DNA from: Phoronis australis
Lineage: Eukaryota > Animalia > Phoronida
Direction: 5' to 3'
Assembly (NCBI GenBank): GCA_002633005.1
Contig: NMRA01000140.1
Location: 248,001-312,000, forward strand
DNA length: 64,000 nucleotides
The notes under the pieces were generated by a model that worked only from the letters and a program-made list of their open reading frames with translations, was not told the origin of the DNA and made no database searches. This document shows positions 23,631 to 36,624 of this stretch, in pieces. How positions within the stretch are numbered: position 1 is the stretch's first letter; the number at the start of each line of letters is the position of its first letter. Both the position numbers and the translations under genes were made by a program.

Positions 23631-25397
23631 CTGAAAGATATTTTACAAGTAAGTCACAATAGTTCCAACAATCAAACAAGATGATCAAAAAAGGAACGAC
23701 ATTCAATTGAAAGGTGCAGCAGACCAAAAAACCAAACTGAACTCTCTACTGTCAGGGTTCTTTTTTCATAACTCAGGGCTTGGAATGACCCATGACAAAA
23801 AGGAGGAAATTTTTACGGCCCTAAATACAAAATTCAATCTAAACCATACCTCAACAGATCGAAAGTTACTGTGTCGTGTTGGCAAAACGCATTCATCTTA
23901 AACAGTACCTGACATCTATTTCAGCAACAACAATGAAGGCAATTAGATGCAACAAAATTTTTTTTAAAATTAAAATAATAACGATAATGATGAAAAATTT
24001 GCAGTCTGAGTGACAGGAGCTTAATCTTGATTTGCTGCACTGAGGGAGACCTATAAATCTTATAACTATGATCACAAAAAATGAAAATCGACCCATAGAT
24101 TATCTAGAAAGCCTGAAATACATACATATTTAATTCCAACAAAAAATTTAATTCCATCGCAAGTGGCAAAAAGTCAAGACGAAAATCTGTGGCTCATACC
24201 CCATATGTTAGCATGGAAAAATGAAAGTAAAAAACATTAGTGCATCAATCACAGTCCTAAGTTGGCCAAACAGTAATTACAGGAGTTAAATGTTCATAAG
24301 CCACGCTGGTGGAGAAGAAACTATGTGACATAAGAAATAACTATCAGGACACTGAAAATAGTCTGGCAGAATTTGTAAACAATGGCTTAGACCGATCAGA
24401 TCATTCAGAATCTGTCACGTGATCACTTCTCCAAAACTGCAAAACTCGAGTCACAAAAGAGAACACGAAAAATGTCAAAATAAATTGAAATATACAAAAA
24501 GCAATTTAAAACGCATTTGCAGTAACGAAAATAGCACTTTATATCCCGTTTCAACGGCACGTAGAAAATCGCACTCAAGTGGTCAGGCCTTAGGCTTAGG
24601 GCTTAGCAGGCAACGGGCGTGCATGTGGGATCAAACAAAAGAATTTCATACATCACTCACATCACACGATTCCAATCCAACGAATAACCGGTTACGGTTG
24701 AATTTCCTTTCACGAAGCATTGTTATTTCTAGTGTTTCATCGTTTTCAGTCGGTCATCCGACTCCAACTCAGTTCAAGGCGACTCGCCCACGCACTCCGT
24801 AATCGTTCTTCTCTCAAAGTTTACAGAGCACAAACCTTGAATTATGTTGTTTGTGAAGACATTGGCCATTTCTTTTATCCAATTTTCCACGAAATATTCT
24901 GTCTACTCCACACTCCACGCATTTTTGACCACAGAATCGCACTATTTGTCGCGGCGATTTTATACCAAATGCAGACGCCATTGATGAACACCACTATCCC
25001 AGACACAGGCGCTTGAATTTATCTGTTCCTCGATTGCCTCTGACGTCACTCACTACTAAGAAACCATGTTTCTTGTATATGGTTACGAGTCATCGGGAAA
25101 TTCGAGCGCCTGTGATCCGCAATTACAACGAAAATACGCGGAGGGAATAAAAGAAAAAAAAACGAAAATCCGCGTTTCCGCGGAAAAATCCAAGCCTTGA
25201 ACAGTAGAATCAAAGGTAGGAAAACTGTTAGTAATTCAAAGTTTACAAGTCAACGCAAACTGAAATGACTTTAGGGGGCATTATTTTCTGACTTTGATAC
25301 CCCCGTGGCGACTTGGGATTTTTTCCGGGACAACAAACACAATCTGAGGTTTCATCAGTGACCAGCAGGTCGCCAAATTGAGCACTGGTTTACTTAC

Positions 25398-25521
25398 AGT
25401 TATGTGATCTGGTTCATACCACAGATGAAGCAGAATCCAGTACCACATTAATGCTGACAAAAACGTGGCTGTGCGTTGTGTTCTCTTGGATGGCGGCTCA
25501 GGAGCTGTGCGATACACAAAA
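25398..25521 (-). CDS. NDUFB2: NADH:ubiquinone oxidoreductase subunit B2 (AGGG), internal exon
   Basis: Acceptor cttgtttcag|, donor |gtaagt; encodes FVYRTAPEPPSKRTQRTATFLSALMWYWILLHLWYEPDHIT, matching the NDUFB2 MWxWILxxxWxxP/S transmembrane signature. Confidence 0.9.
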
Positions 25522-25840
25522 CTGAAACAAGCGAAAAGTAGAATGTTAACAAGTGCATCGCAAATAGTAAAAAGTAAGGGGCGCACCTTCCGTGAAGCGG
25601 ATCCTAAAAGAGGTTTTGAAGATACGGCAGCGGGTGCTTAAGTCTGACGGAGATGACGGCAATATGCAGACACATATTTGAGCGCATAAAAAGGATAAGT
25701 TTATCAACAAGTAAGTCCGAGCATGGTCTGAACTTGCCGGCCAGTAAGGTGTATACATTATCATCAAAGTACAGCTAGATGTGGATAGCATGCGTGCATT
25801 ATTGTATTGCAGAGTTCATCTTGATAACTTCATTAAAAAC

Positions 25841-26194
25841 AACCTTTAAACTCGGTGCATATGTACATGTAAGCAACGACATATTGATCAACGTTTCGGT
25901 TTATTCTCTATAAACCACTTTCAAGACAAAAGACAAAAGTTCACAATATTCTAGTCAGGTGACACACGTGGAGAACAGACTGTACAGGTACACGTCAAAA
26001 TGCATTGTGAGGGGAGAGACCAGAAACCAAATCAATTCATTTTGACATATACCTGTACAGTCTGTGCTCCACCTGTGTCACCCCACTGGAATATTGTGAA
26101 CATTTGTCTTTTGTCTAGAGAATGGTTTATAGAGAATAAACCGAAACGTCCATCAATACGTCATTATATTTACATATGCGCTGATTTTAAAGTT
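25841..26194. repeat. Foldback element: two ~165-bp imperfect inverted arms with a ~25-bp spacer
   Basis: For example CGTTTCGGTTTATTCTCTATAAACCA / TGGTTTATAGAGAATAAACCGAAACG and CAGACTGTACAGGTA / TACCTGTACAGTCTG. Confidence 0.9.
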
Positions 26195-26613
26195 CATACT
26201 CATATTTTGGCCAAAAACAAATGTGATCACTAGAAACGCTTGCGTCGTATACACTTTAGAGCGACAAGTCCGAGGAATCTCCCTAGCGAGTACTTTTTCC
26301 ACTAGGTGACTGCTCTCCCGCCTTGGGGTGGGTTGAGACTGTTTATGATCCGTCTCATGTGTTCTGGATGTGCTGGCATTCTGAACGCTTTTTATTTTCT
26401 TGCACTTCTGTATTTAACCCAGATATGCATATTCTCTGCTTCCACGGGAAGTGTTCTTGTCGTTCTAACACTATTGGACTACTTAGCAGTGACTTTGTTT
26501 TGGGTAAGGGAGGATGTTTTTTTATTTGTTGAATGATGTTGATTCCAGGGTGGGCCCCACGCTTTTTTAAAATGTAATCATCAACATCATCCGTCCTTGA
26601 TATTTCTGTGATG

Positions 26614-26760
26614 CAGGGCTCGACAACGAGCGACAGGTCGCATTTGCGACCGGAAATTTGGAAATGCGAGCTGAGATTTTTGTCAGCTCATACCAAGTCG
26701 CAAAATGCGACCTGGAATTTCCAACGAATGCGAACTGAGTTTTTACACTTCTCGCCAGAC
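26614..26760 (+). mobile_element. hAT-like terminal fragment
   Basis: CAGGGCTCGAC start followed by clustered TGCGA/TCGCA subterminal motifs; partner end not found. Confidence 0.45.
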
Positions 26761-29700
26761 ACCTGGCAAATATAAAGCAACTCTTGTTTATCCGACCGTT
26801 ATTTGGTCGTTGCCAAATCCAAGTTCAAACGAACACTAACCAAGAACAGCCCTTCTGATGACTTGTAAGCGAGTCGCGTAAACGTGAGATATGAAGAATC
26901 GATCTTTGACGCGTTTCATTGGCTAACATTTTCGCCCAATTTTACAAATTTCCGGATTAGCCGAAGAAAGTTTCTGCCACTGCATAACACGTGAAAAACG
27001 TCACAAAACAGCGGTGTTTCTACAAATTCTTAAGCGATCAACTTACAAAACATTGTGGTGGACAAATACGTTAATTTTTCGCGCAAGATGTCCTTATTAC
27101 ATGTACCAAATATCCACGACAATATCCCTGATCGCACTGCGGCCCTGCCGGTCGGTCCCGTTGCTAGCGCGCAAGCGATACCATGACTTGATGGGTGTCT
27201 CGTTTTTATCGCATAAGACAGTAAAAGTGAAAATGGCAACCCCATTAATCGCCAATCGACGGCCACGTCTTTACTTTCAGTTGCCAAGAAATTCTCAAGC
27301 TCCTTTACTTGTTTCTGATTTGTCTTTCACACGTTGTTGCCAACATAAAGTGTAGGCCTACTACAGCGATTCAAGTGCGTGAACTCACGCGTGCGCACCA
27401 CTTCAAAGCTGCACATCAAAAGAGAACAGCGACAGTCCTAAATGAAAGAGTATTCCGGCTTGTCTCTGTTAAGCCTCCGGGTGCCAGTGGTTTATTTGAA
27501 AATGAACTCATAGATTCCTGGCGGTTATAAAAGACACGATGCTTTACGATATTCCCCGGGACCGAAATATTCCAGAACTGATATTTTCCTGTTCCGATGT
27601 TTCCCGAGGTCGATGTTCCCTAAACCATACATTCTATGCCCGTAGCCAGCTGTTTCAACTAAATGAGTACTAGATGCAAAATTGTGGTTAGCGAACTTTT
27701 TATTCTTCTCTTCACAGACCCCCCCACGGCGACTTTTCACTCCCCAGACCACCGTCGCCGTAAAATGTTCAGACTCCAACAGAAACAATCTTGTTCCGGC
27801 TAAAACGGGCAATTAAAAACAAAATTATTCCAGGTGGCTAAAAAGGGTACAGTGTAGGTCATAGCGCCAGAACCTCGTGAGAGACCGTCCCGAGTTGGCA
27901 GCTTGAGCAACTTGGGGCGGTCTGGGATCAAGAGAAAAACCACAGGGTAGATCTGTGGTTGACAGATCTATTCGGTCGATTACATTTTATTGCCCGTGAA
28001 GGCTGCCTGAAGAAATATGACTCGCGCGTTTGTATTTTCACCTTTTTCAACGACATGTAAAAGATTCATCAACAAATTCCACGTAAAATTCTGAAAACAA
28101 GCATTTTTCTCCCACGAAAATCGATGAAGTTTTGGCAGAGATATTTCTTCAGTCCAGGCTAGCCCTGCACACTCAGAGTGTCGTCACACAAGATTACTAC
28201 GCGGTAATGCGGTTTCACTGTCAACAAAGGAAGACGTCACAATCGACTTATAATTGTCATTTTTAAACTATTTGCATGTTAAATTATCGAAATGTAAGTA
28301 AAATCGTAGTCTATATTTTAACAAGAAAACAGCAATTTCAGTTTGGTGAACATGTCTATAAGGACCTAACTCGCGCATGGTGGTGAGTAGTGAGTCCGGC
28401 CAACACGTGAGGATGGCTGTGTTGTTGTTTTGGCTCTCAACTCAAAAGTAGCCGTTTCAAAATGGAAGATGGACAGAAAATGCAGGCAGTTGACGAAAAC
28501 GGCCATTGGAAGGAAGCAATTGAGCGGGGAGTAAATGACAGCGCTGGGAATTCACGTCGGTTTTCCTGGATGGCCGTCTGAGTTTGACCAGCTCGTCGAG
28601 CCGTGATTCGTGAGAGGCTGAGCCGATCGACTACGTCGGGCTCGGTACCTGGACCTGGTGAAGAAAAACGTAAGTATTTTTTGTCATCCCTTATGCTCGC
28701 ATGATGCTGTTGGCTGTATAGATAAAGTATACCGTGTTTGCGTGGGATTTTGTGTTCATGAAATTACAGACTATGTACTTGTACCACATTTAAAGTCAGA
28801 GAAACATTGTTACTTAGTGAAAGATAAACGTCTGGGCGAATATACCATGGTGCCTTCAATGTTGTGTTTGTTCTTTGTAAAGTAGATTTACTGTAACAAG
28901 TCCGATGTTGTCGGATTGAATTGGTATTCCGGGATTTTCAATGCCAGTGGCAGATCCAGAATTTTTGGAATGGTGTTCGCAAATGAAATAATGTCAAGCC
29001 ATTGTTTTAAATTACCATTTAAGTTTTATTAATAAGAGGTGGAGACAGCAATCTTCAGCCATGTCTTTGCTACCTTGTTGTCATTTCTTTACATTTGTTT
29101 ATGTTTCATTTCCTTGTTTTCTGTAGATCCCCCAACCCCCTTGCTATAGTGCACTCTCTGTTGACTGAACTTGATGACATAATATATTGATAAGCCATTG
29201 TATTCTGCATACCAGTACTAGCCTAACCCTTAGTCCTACACACCTGGCCCTATTGTTCACTCTTGACTTTTGTTTACAAAATAATCCAGTCCAGTCTACA
29301 CCCTGATTGCGTAGTTTAATATTTAGCACAGATTCCAGTGAGTAAACTGTATTTCACTTGTTGAACCTTTTCTTACTATCATGCAGCTCTTGCTTGACAG
29401 TGCACATGTACTTCTATCTCCTCGTTTTCGAACCACTCATTAAAGCGTTTGATGGGGTTCGGTTTCTTTTCGTGAATGTTTTCATCGTTGGTTTCTAATT
29501 CGTTCAACTGCTTCCCAAAACATCCATTTCTTCATAATTTTAAAACTCCTGAGTCCTGAGCATTGCGCAACACTCAACAATCCCTCTCAAAAATGTTGCC
29601 CTTCCAAACAGTGATGTGACCTTCAGACTACATGAGTGTAAGTTGTGGTACACTACTGCACGTGCACAAGGTCATCAGCACCAGAAGTTTTAAAATCACA

Positions 29701-31734
29701 CCACCAAAACTGTGATTGTTTACATTTCAGAGAGCTCGCCTTGACAATTTCAAGAAGGTATACCGCTTGACAATTGCATTTATGTACACGTTGAAGCCTG
29801 AAGAATACAGACTTGATCAGGGCTTGGGATTTCCGTCTTTTAAGAGGAAATCTTTTTTTGGTGTCGATTTCCTCTGATTGGATTTCCAGTTTCCTCTTTT
29901 TATGATTTTTTCGACTTTATTAAATGTTTAGTTTAGGTAAATTTTACAGCCAAAAATGTCAATCACGCAAGCCTATTTTTTGTTTATCATACATCAGCTG
30001 GAAATTTCTCCTCTGTTTTTGTTATTGCTCATTCCAAGCTCTGCTTATTTTTCATGAAGTAACTAGAATGGATTTCATTACATGCCAGTTTATTGTGCTG
30101 GATTTTTCTTGGGTTTATCAACTGTAAACTAACACTAATAAAATATCCACTTAAGTCATTATGAATAGGAGCATAGAATAATAGCCACCTGTCTTAAGTT
30201 CGCACAAAAGTAGAGTACAAAATTCCAAACGTAATTTCGTGTTCCATTTCCTGTAAAAAGATCAATGACAGGGCCCAGGTATCAATTCCAGTATTTTTGG
30301 CACTTAATCATGTTTGGAAGTGCTGTACTGTGTTTGGAAATTTGTTTGAAAAGCTTATGACCTTACTGGATTTAAGGGCCCCACCAGAGCATTTATTAGT
30401 GTACCCTCCACTCATTTCCAATGTTCTATGTATATCAAATGCTCTGAGATGCCAACAGGATAGTATTCTGCATGCAGCTTTGTTGATCATTGTGGGCAGT
30501 GAGAATGTCCTACTCACATGTGTATGAATGCATAGTATGTGCACCTCATTCATGTACCACATCAGTATTGCCTGTGTGGTTTTGGAAATGTGTAAGCTGC
30601 TTGTGTTGTTTCGGCATTGTTGAGCTTGAAATGCTAGTTTTACTCCTATAAAACTAGGGATGTATTTATTGCGACATGTGTCCGTTATTGTTGTTACTAG
30701 TTTATTGCTTAACCAGTGTATCAATTTTTCTTCAAGCCTTGGATGACTGATCTTTTAAGTTTAGGATAGTTATTGTTTGCATCCCATGAAGTGAATTACA
30801 TACTGTCTTTTAGTATTTTTATTCAGTGACTCCTGGTGTGGTTTTGAAAATGGTTGTTTTTTAGGCTGAAATGCAGATTTTTTACTAAATTCTGACCTTG
30901 TCATTTCCACATGGTTATCTTGAAAAGCAAATTCTTGTATACATATTATTGTCATCTTGTGAGGTGTGCAATTTATTGTGGTTTTCAGTGACTGGTTCCA
31001 CCAGGGATAGCAGTATTGTGCACCTAACGGTGCTTTGCTCAAACCCATGTTTCATATTATTATATTGATAACTTTTCTTCGTGAAGGTAGTGATTTCAGC
31101 AGTTATATCACTTATGATGTTTTGTCAAGTAGTAAAACCTTGTACTGCTATGACACAAATTTTGAAGGTTCCTATGTTGTAGTTAAGCCCCACTTTAAAT
31201 ATTTTGCTCACCATGTGAGTTATTGTTTACATGGAGGGATTCATACTTATGGATGATCTCATCAGGGATTGCATGTAACACTATTTGGGTGTGTATATTT
31301 GTTACATGTTCATTGTATAAAGTGTATTGTTTATATTGCAGAGTTTATAATTGTTAGTTTCAAAGATTTCGGTAGGTTATCTCAACAGTGCTTAGTTCAT
31401 GTTTTGCTCATCCTGTGAAGTGTAATGTTTATACTGAAGAGTTTATCATCGCTAGTGCCTGTGTCCCTTATTGCTTTTCCCATAGTATGAACAACTAGTC
31501 ATGTTAAGGTTTGAAATTCTCATGTACAATATATATTACACTATATTATATTTTGGATATGAAGCATATAGACTCAAGTGGAAATACAAACCAGAATCAG
31601 TTTCTATGCGTTCGTAGACCCTCTACTGTACTGGGTAAATTTGGCATGTCCAAAAATATTTTTCATTTCGTTTTCATTGTACACAAGCATAAAAAACCGA
31701 CATTATTACAAACTGTGTATAATTATAACTTATT

Positions 31735-32400
31735 ACCTGGGTGTTTCTCCGGGAACGTTGGTCCTATCTTTCTGTTGTCTAGACTGCCGAGGAATCTGTA
31801 CATCGGATCCAATGGTTTGCTGCTCTTGGAACCATTCTACCCAGACATCTTCGACGTTTGTTCCCAACGCTTGCACTTCGTCAACTGCTGTGTCAATGAG
31901 CTTGTACGCCTCTATATTGTCAGCATCTCGTTTCGCAGCTCAGTTGGCACTAAGCCCCTTGAGATAACCAAGTCCGTTCAAAAGAATTAGAGCATGCGCA
32001 ACTAAATTCGATCCGTTCATCATGGACTACTTCAAACCTTGACGATGTATCCAGGACCCATTTGCATCTCTTGCAATTTTCGAAATAAACGTCCCAATGA
32101 CTAAACGCTTGAAACCCGAAGTACTCGCATCAAATAAATGCCCATGGGCATGGGCGTTTCTTCGGGTGGGTCTTTCTGCGGAAATTCCCAGTATCGATAA
32201 AACGGCAGTGGTGCTTATTGCAGGTAGAAAGACGTTAGGTGTTGACGTCGGCACTAGGGCTCCTTAGGAGGCCCGTTGAATATCGCACCACTCCCGCAAG
32301 ACTTTGTTGTGAAAATACAGCCTCCCCGCAATTTCTGGTACTGTACACTGTTCGAGAATGCGGTCACTTTGTCAATGTGAGTGCCCCCTTGGTCATTCCT
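31735..32400 (-). pseudogene. hAT transposase relic (PRKRIR/THAP12-ZMYM1-like)
   Basis: LGYLKGLS...IEAYKLIDTAVDEVQ...WFQEQQ...IPRQSRQQKDRTNVPGETP then GT donor; PRxxxRQxxRxNVPxxTP is typical of this hAT group; upstream part degraded. Confidence 0.7.
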
Positions 32401-35400
32401 TGTATAAAAATAACTTGTTAGAGTGCATCTTCAAACAGACTCGCGACCAGACCACGGCGCAGGCCACAATAGCAATTCTTCGGAAAACGAGTTTTTTTTT
32501 CAAGTATTACATGTACATGTACACTGTATGATATTGCGCAAGACAACTTTACTATACATCAGTCAAATTCGAGTTACAAACATGTGGGGTGTAATAGGAT
32601 GACATGGCATGACAGATGAGGTAAAAAAGGTTGCACGTCAATTCGCCTGAATATCAGGATTGCGGCACCACAGTATTTCCCCTAATCAAATCAACACATA
32701 TCTTAGAGTAAAGAAACTAGTTATCTAAAGAAATCAGCTACAGTGTTGCTCTTTCAGTGGTGGATCCATCTAAAATGCTTTTCTACTTCAGAAGTGTCGT
32801 CGGAAGCGCGCGCACAATTGATCTCCGGGGTTTTGCCGACAAGCCACGAAGACTCGAAACGCGTTGATTTTCATAACAGCAATTCACAATGCAAAAAAAT
32901 TATTTTCAGAGTGAACCCCCCCAATTTTTTTCCAAGTTGGTTTACTTGAGGTTTACACACGTTGGCGGTGCCGTTTTTGTTTTGCTGAAGACGTTTTTGT
33001 TTTTTGTTTTCTAATTTTTGGGTCCTGGCCGAGGAGGGACTTAAACCCCCTGAACACCCCCCCGTAGATCCGCCACTGACAAGTGAGTCGAAATGTGAAT
33101 GTCTATACCTAAGCATAAAAGTCTAACCCTACGACCATAGTAAGCTACATATTTTGTAAATAGCATTGAGAGAGTTACCAAAAAATAGTGCGGTGTAAAT
33201 GCCTTAACAAAACAGCAGAAATTTGAGATTTGCTAATCTGCTATTTTGGTTTTAATTGCAAGCACAGTACGGTAGAGGGGTAGGCATTTTCAAATTTTGA
33301 ATTGAAGGTGATCGTGAAAAATCCAAATATGTTTTTCATCCAGTGTCCACTTTGATTGTGGCTTGGTGGATTGATATGAATGCCTGTACACGTTTGAATG
33401 TTTCTGTTCTTTTAAATTCAGTACACGCTGACGGTAAGTTCATTATAGGCAGTCCTCCGTCGTGCTAAAAAACCAGACCGTGAAAAAAATGGCGGACTGT
33501 GAACGATTTTTAGCCTTGTCATGCAAGTAGCGTCGCAGCAACTATTTCGTTTTCTGCAGTGATGTTTAATAGCCGAGTGCTCGAAGCACATACATGTACA
33601 ATAAACACATATCTGATCAATTTAACCGATGTGTTATTCATACTGTATGAATACAGGACACTATCGGAAACAAAAGTCATCGACAGTAGAAAGATGCATT
33701 CCGAAAAGTCACAATCACAATTTCTAGGCTTCACATTTCCTGAACATAAATTTTAAGCACCGATTTGTCTGTACAACAGATCACATTTACATGAGTCCAT
33801 CAATCGTGCCAGTTTGGTTGCGTAAAGCGCTGCCTGTTGAGAATTCGACCAGCCAATCAGAAACGCCGATATAAAAAAATGTACCTAGTGCAGCAGGCGC
33901 TACTCCGTCCACCGCGGTTTGCCCAAGATTACTTGATATGCAAAGTTCTGTGTTGTTTATCACCAGCCGCAACTGGCTTAAGACTCAAGAACCATGGTAT
34001 TAGTTCTCAAGGGTTCCCGTGTCACCTGACCGGAGACAAGGGGTATCAATCGGACCCGAAGAGGTCAAAGTCAACTTAAGATACTCCTGACCAGACGCCC
34101 CAAAGGGGGATGATTGGGTTAGAGAGGCCTCCCACTCTAGAGCCACTGATCAATCACCCGAGAACAGATAATGCTTCCAACAAGGTTTTCGGCATCTCAT
34201 ATCGTTCGAAACAACAACGGCTGCTAAAGACAGATAACCCTCTTCCCCAACCCGATCCCGCACAGTTTAGTCTGAGTAAACCCAGTCCATTTGTTGCCGC
34301 GTGGAGGCACTGCACGAGCCTTGTTGTGCGAGAAGCTATGTATTGACAGTCGGAACTGAACAGCGGCGCACTAAGCAGAGCTAAATACTACTAACTACAT
34401 GTACACTACCACACTAGACGCTAAGCACCACAACCTGTGGTCGAAACCACCAACACCCCCCCCCCCTTACTGAAAACGTAGATCCGCCACTGCATATGTA
34501 TTTGTATGTATGTTTTAAAAATAAAAACTGTGATTATATATATTGCAATTTCATTTCGAAAGCACTAATCTGAAGAGTGGCCTACTTATGTGGAATGCAC
34601 ACAATGCATTGTTAAAGCGAGGTGATCGTTTGCCGCTGGGTTTTTATTTTCTTACTCTTTGTGAACGCAGTGCCTGTAACTCGCATTTATTCCTAAGTTT
34701 ATGCAATCACTTTGAATTACAAAACATGAAACCCTGCGAACCGATGGGGCAGTTAAATTTGGACATCGTCAATATATACGTGTCATTTGAAGTAGTAGCC
34801 CGTTGTAGAGGGCCACGACCAAAAATATGGGTACACATCACATGTCTAACCACAAAAAAAACAAGTGAAAGAGTTACTTTTTCAGGCAAGCGACGCGTTG
34901 CGCGCATTGGTTGTTTTTGTCCGTTTTAGGTGGCAAGAGGCGCTTTTTCTCTGACGATTTCGCTGAGGTATGTTTCAGAAAATCGTACTGTAAGTCATTT
35001 TTTTTCTGCGCCTGTTAATTTAGGTACGCAGCAACTGAAAAAAATGGATAAATCACGTCATTTTAAATCTCCATATCGCTCCGTTATGGCCACTTCGACT
35101 TGGATGGATTTTGGCTCTTTCAAACACTCCACCATGCTCTATTTTTGAAGTTCGTTAACGAAAACGCGTACCAGGATTTTAAGGTTCGTGCCCTCCCCCT
35201 CGAGTTTTTGTTGGCAATTTTGACATGAAGATGATGGTGATATTTACGCGTTCCTTGACGAGAATTCCATCAAGTCAAGTTTTGCCTAATTCAGCTTTTC
35301 ATTCATTTTTATACCGTGTATGGTCGCTGGCAAAATATGATACCTCGGTTTTTCGCCATAACGCTAGTTATAGGAATCTGAATATGAGCGCGCAAGAGAA

Positions 35401-35948
35401 AACGGAACATATTTGCGACGTTTCGTTTACTCAAAGTTAATGAGCCTAAACGTCAGAGAATATTTGTTTTCTCTTTCTCGCTTATAATGATTTTCAAGGG
35501 TTTCCGTTATTCATTTTTGGCAAGGTCGTCGTTTTCTCGCAAAGCTACCGATTGGATGATCAACTACGCACTTATTTGCTCTCCGTTTTAACGTTGATCA
35601 TCGTCAATACACCTCTAAAAATCGCGCATTGTCTTTGCGCAAACTACATTGAGATTTAAGTCTCCCGAAAAAAGTTGACGATCGGATAGTGTTTAAAAGT
35701 CTAATTCTAAATTTCTCCAGTTAGTGCACCAACGAAGTAAACGAAAGTAGTTCTGCTTGTTGCGTCAGCTGTTGGTATCATTATAGCGATTTATGACCCA
35801 CAACGCGTGACTGGACAAAGCCTTTTCAAATTAGTGTAGATAAGCCGGTGGAGCGTGAGACCCCTGAGGTCAAAATCGAATCCTCGCGACAACTCCGCGT
35901 TATAACTTAACCAGGAACTCTAGTAACCACACTCGTTCCAAGCTCAAT

Positions 35949-36624
35949 ATGAAAACGCGTCATTTTCTATTTGGAGTAATTATTTTCACTACAGTTGTAT
36001 ACATATTCTTCATGCACCGGAGTAGATTTACATGGATTATTCAAATTCGCCAACATTTACCGTCTCACGTCGTAGTACCAAAAATACACAATAACGTCGG
36101 GATGAACGACCAGGAATTGCTCAACTGTCTTGCCAATGGTCGACACGTTCAACATCAACATCCAAATGAATCTGCACTGAAAGTAGTCAGAGATATTTTG
36201 AATTTCGTTTGGAAATCGTACGGAATACCTTTAAACTTAACTCGAGCCGATGGGAAATGTGGAAATCTAAATAATGGCGGTGGTGGTAACGGAGGAGCAC
36301 GAGCTTTGTGTGATCCAAAGGGCAGTAAGCCATGTTGTTTTAATTTCAAGTGTGAGAGCAAAGCAGTGAATGATTGTGTGTGCCCTACCTGTTGGGACAT
36401 GCGTCCAAGAATACACCCTGAGGTTGCCGACTATGTTCTGTATAACAATAGTTGCCGGGTTATCGATTTGAAGAGGAAGAACGCTTGCACTATTCTAAAG
36501 GAAAAAAATATAACGGGATTAATGGTGGTCGGGGACTCTCTCTCGCGACATATATATCAAGCGTTTCTAATACTGCTACGGCATGATCCTGAGTATGGCG
36601 CATTAGATAATAAAACAAATGAAG
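35949..36624 (+). CDS. Exon 1 of a type II membrane protein with hevein-like Cys module and SGNH/GDSL-like (PC-esterase/TBL/NXPE-like) domain, copy B
   Basis: ATG at 35949; hydrophobic anchor FLFGVIIFTTVVYIFFM; Cys module RADGKCG...CDPKGSKPCC...C...CVCPTCWDMR; motif LMVVGDSLSRH (GDS 36531-36539); donor GAAG|GTATTG at 36624/36625, phase 1, matching the next exon. Confidence 0.85.

Noticed and set aside
23774-25199. hAT-like element from CAGGGCTTGGA to TCCAAGCCTTG in the NDUFB2 intron (similar pair at 29818-30741)
   Set aside because: Only ~11-bp end similarity and no matching 8-bp TSD, so the pairing of ends is unsupported
25587-25690. Candidate NDUFB2 first exon ending HGS
   Set aside because: The phase-compatible frame contains TAG, the donor is weak and the region looks MITE-like
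28462-28676. Exon-like segment (AAAATGGAAG... to GTAAGT donor)
   Set aside because: In-frame stop after about 39 codons, no recognisable protein and no supportable downstream exon
31511-31990. Plus-strand ORFs of 159 and 129 aa
   Set aside because: Antisense shadows of the minus-strand hAT transposase relic
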